DNA of 64,000 nucleotides from Flaccisagitta enflata (taxonomy: Eukaryota): assembly GCA_965153355.1 (NCBI GenBank), contig OZ231126.1, positions 35,588,001-35,652,000 on the forward strand, read 5' to 3'. Below are positions 56,714-64,000 of this stretch, in pieces. The notes beneath the pieces were generated by a model. That model was given only the letters and a program-made list of their open reading frames with translations. It ran no database searches and was not told where the DNA came from. Within the stretch, counting starts at the first letter, position 1. Each line of letters begins with the position of its first letter. The position numbers were made by a program, and so were the translations under genes.

Positions 56714-58031
56714 TAAGAGATCGAGAGGCCGGATTGAAAGTAGTAGGGAGTAGGTAATTCAGACATATGTGAACGTGAACGAAACCGGATCTTAGGGTAG
56801 GTTAAATTGAGTGTTAAAAATAGATTTGCGACCGTCTGGCAAGATAAATAAACGTGTCGGTCGGTCCGTTTGTCAGTTAGTCCCCGATAGCTTTTTTTGT
56901 ATTTACGGGCGGTTTTTGCATTATTGTCCCGCCCAAATGCTTCGATTAGCCAATTTTAGCCTTTCATTGCCCCTACCGACCCGCGTGTGACTTCGGTAGC
57001 CGTGTAACCGGCCGTGTTCGTATCAAATTCAATCTAACTCTTAGAAAAAGAAACAATGGGGAAGAATGATGGGGCAAGATCCATGATGTTGGAAGGGGTA
57101 GTTTTTGAAGATTACAAACTTGATAACGGGTGCTCGAATAAAAACTAGGTGGCTTGTGCTTGGGGATGGCCATAGGAATGGCGTATTGAATAGATGATGG
57201 GTATTGCTGGATAATATATTTGGTACCAGGTAAATAGATTTTGATAGATTTTTAAATAAAATATGTGTAAATCAAAATAAACAATATTTTTATAGTTATT
57301 CTAAACAGCGCCTAGTACAAAATGCTTGCTCCCCTAGTCAGAAATGCCCCTGTATCCCCTGTATCCTTACTGGAAACTATTTTAAAAAGACTTAATTTAT
57401 GGACATGGGACATAAAAAAAGAGAGGCTTTGCATTTTCAATTGTGTGGATTACCGCTACAGTTTTTTTTTTTTGAACACCCAATAACAAATTGTGATCAC
57501 GACAACGATTCAACGTGTCTGAAAAAGTGTGTAAGATGCTAAATACAGGTTCCTTTGAGCAACGTAAGAGAGAAAATTTCAGCTAATTTTCTTGTTGATA
57601 TATTACGAAAAAAATTCATTGGAAGCAAAGTAAAATAGAATCGAGAACAAGGCCGGATACATGGCAATACAGTCGCGGACGGTTGGGCAGGAGCCGTAAT
57701 GCGAAAACCGCTTGCAATTTAACAATATTTCGTACCGACCTACCGACCTACCGACACGGCAAGTTCTAGAGTCGCGTGTCCGCGACTAATAAAAGCCGCA
57801 AAAGTGAAGTGTGAGTAGCATATTCAATATTGATAGCTTATTCTTTACCATAATAAAAAAAAAATACCATAACGATTACCGTCAAAATGCCAGTGATATC
57901 GACCACATACCTTTGATGATGAGGCTCTTTAAAGGTGGACGGGGAGTTTCGTAACCTTTACAGGATTCTCATGACAAGCCCAATAAGTAAAAAGTGTGAC
58001 GCTTACACGCTCTATTGTCATCATACACAAA

Positions 58032-60231
58032 TTAAACCTTATTGAATAATTCACTCTTCAGTTTGGTTAAAAGTAATTTCCGTTGATTGTTGATAAAGCC
58101 TTTTAAAACTCTGACCAAAAGCACTCCAATTTCAACGAATGTCAAGATGGACGCTCCAACAAACAAACCGAAATTACCTTCAATTTCTGCCAAAAACTCT
58201 TCAACTTCTTCTCTATGTTGATATTTTTTACTGTATAAAAGGTGCAATCGGATTTGATCCAAAGGGTAGCACCTTTAAAGTCAACATTTTGCTGCTGCGT
58301 TTCACTTAGATTAGTGTCATCCCACCTAAGATGTTCAACAAAATAATCGATGGACGCAAATACGGTTTCGTTAGGACAATCTTCATATGCGCATAACTCG
58401 TGTTGGCCTTTACTTGGACCGCCATATTTGTCCATATCGCAAGTGCCAAGTTTGTAATTACTGTGTAAATCCCAGGAAATCTGTTTTTGGCTTTGACAAA
58501 GGAAGATGCAGACATCCTGCATGTAATTTTCGATAGGCGCTGACCGAAACAAAAACGGAATTTTCTCCGGATATTTTGCCTGCATTTCTTTTCGATCAAT
58601 TATTAATTCTTTTCCGCTAAGAAAGAGCGTCATCCAATAGTGTTCTGGCGTAAGGCTGCCGACATACTTTCCGAGAAATGGGCTGCTACAGGAACTCTGA
58701 AGATGAATTGTTAGAATTATTCCATTCATGCTACCAAATTCGACATTCAACGTTCGATAATCGGAGAAACTGGAGTCAATACCAACGAAATGTTGTAAGG
58801 CGCACATAGATACAAATTCTTGAGGATAAATATGGGCCCGAAACCGATGTAAGCACTTGGGTAGCAGACGCGTTCCTAGAAAAAAACCGATTGAGCCACT
58901 GTATTATCTCTTTTTTGCGTCTAGTTGCAACCAAAACAAAATACATGGCTACCCCAGTCCCGTGCGGGTGGGCAGGGGTGACGGACGTACCTACGGACGG
59001 ACCAACGGACCGACGAAGCGTGGTATAGATTACAAAACATCTAAAAAAGTCTGCAAATGGTGAAGGTGGGTTCCCCTAGCCATGAGGCGAAAGGTTTATT
59101 TTTACTTTGTTCTCCATTTTAAAATTATACGCCGGGGTATTTTTCTGCCAAGGGACGTTCAAAGAAACTGCAAACAAAGTTTCAACTATCTAGCACAACC
59201 CTGTCTGTTGACCAAGCAACTGAAAGAAATTTCTGAGAATGGAAGAATGAAAGAAATTGTCAGGTTTGAACCGTTATTCAAAGAAACAGATCGGGCATGA
59301 CATTAAGTACAATTTTTACACCCAACAACATGCACGTTATAACCATAAAGACACTATCTGCAATATGCAGCTAGTGTTCGAATTTTCCTTTTAAAGAAAA
59401 TCTCAGTGCAGACTTTGAGTGGCAAAAAGTACACTAGCCTAAACAAGATTATGTACTAAATTAAAACTTCCAGAGACTCAATATGGCGATCATGTGAGAA
59501 AATTTGCACTTAATTCTATTTTAAATTAGAAAAAAGATGGTAGCAGTTTTTCTGTTTGTTTTAAAGGGTTTTTTTTTTTAAACAGTTCATAGGAAAAGAG
59601 GTATTTCTCAAACAAAACAGTTTGATTTTAAGAAACATTTTTAATCGTTTACCTACCATTTTCAGATATTTTCCAATCCCTTGGGCACTTTTTGAGATAT
59701 TCGTTGTTTGCAAGATTGAAAAATGTAAATGCTATGCAAGGACTGTTAGTTTCGTTGAACTTGACAATCTTAACATCGGTGATGGTAGAATGCCAATTGA
59801 GGCATATCCGAAATGATAAATATATGGTATAGGTCCATGTTGCTGCCAGATGCAAAGGTATTACGTAGAGAGAGATTACAAGAACAAGTTTTGAATAACT
59901 AAGGGATTTTTAGACAAGAAGATATCCAAGTCATTTTTTGGAAAAAAGTCAAAGAGTACCTTCGGCTTTTTTTATTTACTGATTACTATGTACGCACACT
60001 ATGTATCTAATACGGATTTCGCATTATTGGCTAATATAGCGAAAGTTACTCATGATAATTCATCATATTACCTAAACAAATGATGCCCCAAAAAAGCCGC
60101 TTTGGTTTATCATTCCCAGTGAAATATACAAATCCATGGGCCGTTGTGGTGGAGCAGAAATCATTTAGTTCCATTTGAATGTCCATCCCACTTTTTTCGT
60201 CATTCTTTTTGCCTTTCTTTTCCCCCTCCAT
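58032..60231 (-). pseudogene. DEG/ENaC (amiloride-sensitive sodium channel family) gene, apparently disrupted
   Basis: Exon 60231-60072 has the N-terminal FC.TTTAHG motif and TM1 start (KRLFWGIICL). Exon 59842-59657 completes TM1. A large exon starts at 58875, and TM2 has GLFVGASILTFVE. There is a frame change near 58255-58275, and stops in the Cys-motif frame at 59303-59305 and 59186-59188. Confidence 0.75.
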
Positions 60232-60735
60232 TTCGAATCAAAAGTGATGACGCTGATGTTGAACTGAACTGAAGCTGATGTTGTGACATTCAGTGTGGTC
60301 GCTTCTGACGACTCGCTAGAACAGATTATCGATTGGTGTGTAAGCCAAAATATCCCATTACAAAATCGCGTCGCGTCGTATCATCTTTCAAAATGTTTGC
60401 TTTATATTCTTCCGACATTCACGTCTCTTTACAACTATGGAAAGGTAAGTGTAAAAACCATTCGACTTTGCTTTGGCCTAACTAACGTAATAAGCTTTGG
60501 TTCCACGATGGTGGATGCCAGCTTTTGATTGGGGATTTGATTGGAGTCATTGCACCCATCATGGGGGTGGGAGTATAGAATATGGGGAGAAGACATGAGC
60601 TCTGTCTAACCCAAAATTGGCGAGGATATGTTGAATATTAAGATCAAATAAATCAAACATCTGTCTAACCCGCCTATGATATAGTATTCGCATCTTTTAA
60701 GTCCCTTTACAAAATCTGCACTTAAAACATGAATA

Positions 60736-61140
60736 CACTCATTTCTTTGATTAAGAACCTTGTTTATAGGAACATTGAGGCTTTGATGTGTAAAAAAATA
60801 AGAACAATCATAAGAACATCGCCAGCCTCAACAAGGGGGAACATGTAAATATCAATACTTTATTTGCTTAAAAACTGCAGTAATCAAAAAGAATTGTGGA
60901 AGTGATACTGATTAATGATAACAATTGACATAAGTCACGCTAACATTGAAATTTTTTCTTTTAAAATTGTGATTTTGGCTCTCATATCAATCTAATTGGC
61001 GACCAGAGTTAAGTAACCAGATAATAAACAATTGCAAAAATATGAACATTCTAAGAACAATTTGAGCCTCAAATTGCTACATGAATAAGAACACTGAGCC
61101 TCAGAAAAAAATTACATGTTCTTAAAAAAACAAATGAGTG
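60736..61140. mobile_element. MITE, TA target, related to 52779-53449
   Basis: TA|CACTCATTT...TAAGAAC / GTTCTTA...AAATGAGTG|TA. Confidence 0.75.
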
Positions 61141-61699
61141 TATATTGAATTTTGGACTTTTGTAACCTCATAAGCCCGTGACCTGATGAGTTGCGCGTCG
61201 CCTCATTATATCAAATGAGTGTTATCGATACTTCCAGGTGTTCATATTTTGTTAACCTTCCGGGAGGGAAAAATTTTCCTTCGAAAGACGCAGATTATCA
61301 TTACTCACATTAGTCTCATGGCCACCTCTTGTATTTGACAGTATCACTGTTACACTGTATTAAAAAGACACACATCATGCATTAACTCTGTTAGCCCAAA
61401 TTGACCATGGCATGATACAGAACCTAATCGTTTAGAATTCATCAAAAATTGCATTGGTTTTTATTTTTTCGAAACATCTCCGTCTGCGGTCTTTCGGTTT
61501 GTAGCTCTAAGTTTAGGGGGGTCAAAAGGGCGAGTCCCCTGATACCTATGAAGTTGGGTCTTAAAATGTGCGTATCACCTTGGGGAACACTGATCCAGGT
61601 TCATTATACCCAGTTTCAGGTGCTAGTTCGAACGTCCCCAAAAAAAGTGCCCAAAATGGCCAAAATTAGCCATTTTTGACCGTTTTTGGCCCTTAAACC

Positions 61700-64000
61700 A
61701 ATCTTAAACATGGAGTAGAGCCATGAAATTTTGCACACACATGTATCAGACCCTAATTTAGTTGTATGTAAAAAATTTTGAACCTCGGAAATTTTTTAGG
61801 TACCTAAATATGGAAAAAACGTGTTTTTCGCGAATTTTGAAAAGAAAAAAAAATTGTGTTACCCCCCTTAAAGTTCACCGATTTGGACAAAATTTTTACT
61901 GAAGATACTTCACATTATGAAGTACCTCCATGCAAAATTTCATCAAAATCGGAGCACTTTAAGTACCCGAAATTGTCTTCGAAAATCCAAAAATGGAAAA
62001 AAATGACTTCGAAAATCGTCTTTTGGCTGGGGACATTGCCATGTTATGGCAGGGACGTATGAACCAAGGGCTAAAATTCCTTTTAGTGACTGTTGTTGAT
62101 ACCCAAAAAAAATTTCATGACCCTGAGAGCACTTTTTGGGTGTCAAATAACACTTTTTTGGAGACCATAGGACCCGAAAACGCGAAATTTGACAATTTTT
62201 GGCCTTTTTTTCAAGTTATAACCTGAAAAAAAGTTGAAATATCGGCCAATTATTTTGCATGCACATGTTATAGACCTTAATAAAGATTAATGAAAAAAAA
62301 TTTTTTTGCTAAAAAGATTTCCAGGTACCTAAATTAAGAAAAATTGGGTTTTTCGCGATTTTTTAAATGAAAAAGAATGTTGTTACCCCCCTTAAAGTTC
62401 ACCGATTTGGACAAAATTTTTACTGGAGATACTTCACATTATGAAGTACCTCCATGCAAAATTTCATCAAAATCGGAGCACTCTAAGTACCAAAAATTGC
62501 TTTCGGAAATCAAAAAATGGAAAAAAATGACTTCGAAAATCGTCTTTTGGCCGGGGCCATCGCCATGTTATGGCAGGAACGTAGGAACCAAGGGCTAAAA
62601 TTCCTTTAAGTGACTGTTGTTGATGCCCCCAAAATCGTCTGTTTGTCTACTTGTCCGTTTGTCCGATGGGGCCTTTTCCTGCTCCACCTCCTCGTGGTGG
62701 GCCCTGGCTCTGGTCTTTGATATTTGACATATAAAAAAATATGTTTTACTATATCACTGACTACCAAGCGAGCAGATGAAATTATTTTTTTTGGGGGGGC
62801 GGAGGATCTCAGTCTATATTTCAAATTTTTTTATTAAAACAAGGCCAGATACACAGCAAGATAGTCGCGGACAATGCAAAAACTCAAAACGGTTAACTTT
62901 AAGAGGGGTAAACATTTTTTTCCATAAAAAAAAATGTGAAAATCCCATTCTTTCTTAATTTTGGTGCCAAGAACTTGGTAACAAAAAACATTTAATATAA
63001 GGATTCTTCATTAGGGTCTGTTATGTGTTTATGAGAAACACTTGCCTTATTTCAACTTTGTCTAGGTGATAGCTTGAAAAAAGGGCAAAAAACGTCAAAT
63101 TTCGCGACTTTGGGACCAATGGTCTCCAAAATTTTTTTATTTGACACCCAAAAATTGCTCTCGGGGACATGAAATTTTTTTTGGGCATCAACAACAGTAT
63201 CTAAAAGGAATTTTGGCCCTTGGTTCATACATCCCTGCCATAACATGGCGATGTCTAGGGCAAAAAGACGATTTTCCAAGTCATTTTTTTTCATTTTTTG
63301 ATTTGCGAAAGCAATTTTTGGTACTTAGAGTGCTCCGATTTTTATGAAATTTTGCATGGTAGTACTCCATAATGTAAAGTATCTCCAGTAAAAATTTTGT
63401 CCAAATTGGTGAACTTTAAGGGGGGTAACAACATTCTTTTTCATTAAAAAAATCGCGAAAAACCCGATTTTTCCTAATTTAGGTACCTAGAAATGTTTGT
63501 AACAAAAAAATTTTTTATCATGAATCTTTATTAAGGTCTATTACATGTGCATGCAAAATAATTGGCTGATATTTCACCTTTTTTTAGGTAATAACTTGAA
63601 AAAAGACCAAAAATTTCAAAATTTCGCGGTTTTGGGTCCTACAGTCTCCCAAAAATTGTTATTTGACACTCAAAAAATGCTCTCAGAGTCATGAAATTTT
63701 TTTTTGGGCATCAACAACAGTCCCTAAAAGGAATTTTGGCCCTTGGCTCATACGTCCCTGCCATAACATGGCAATGTCTCCGGCCAAAAGACGATTTTCA
63801 GGTCCTTTTTTTTCCATTTTTTAATTTTTGAAGACAATTTTGGGTACTTAGAGTACTCTGATTTTGATGAAATTTTGCATGGAGGTACTTCGTAATGTGA
63901 AGTATCTTCAGTAAAAATTTTGTCAAAATCGGTGATTTTTAAGGGGGGTAACAACATTTGTTTTCATTTATAAAATCGAAAAAAAACCGATTTTTCCTAA
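61700..64000. repeat. ~520-bp tandem units arranged as two inverted arrays (runs off the window end)
   Basis: GTTACCCCCCTTAAAGTTCACC at ~61858 and ~62382; reverse-complement copies at ~62890, ~63410 and ~63930. Confidence 0.9.

Noticed and set aside
58255-58285. Programmed -1 frameshift in the channel gene
   Set aside because: No X XXY YYZ heptamer in the right frame; slipping at TTT AAA meets a TAA; other lesions favour decay

Overview
Eukaryotic (invertebrate-like) genomic DNA, very rich in microsatellites and non-autonomous transposons; no prokaryotic features, CRISPR arrays, rRNA or tRNA genes were seen. The main gene is a + strand Gbx/unplugged homeobox gene. Its homeobox and C-terminal exons lie at 49814-51532. 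Three phase-compatible low-complexity N-terminal exons lie at 9305-12599, separated from the homeobox exons by an inferred ~37 kb intron; the start exon was not found. That intron holds a very young, antisense LTR retroelement (40326-45710) with an ATAT TSD, a tRNA-Gly-like PBS and a PPT. The element encodes only an intact 598-aa Gag (Q-rich coiled coil, long disordered region, Ty3/gypsy-type capsid) and no pol. A convergent - strand DEG/ENaC channel gene at 58032-60231 appears disrupted. Many MITEs can be delimited by TIR plus TSD (hAT, Tc1/mariner-type, one Transib-like), along with Helentron/DINE-1-like repeats and foldback arrays. A ~140 bp palindrome with invariant spacing but covarying stems occurs three times and is not explained by any named feature. 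All calls are by eye; no database searches were run.
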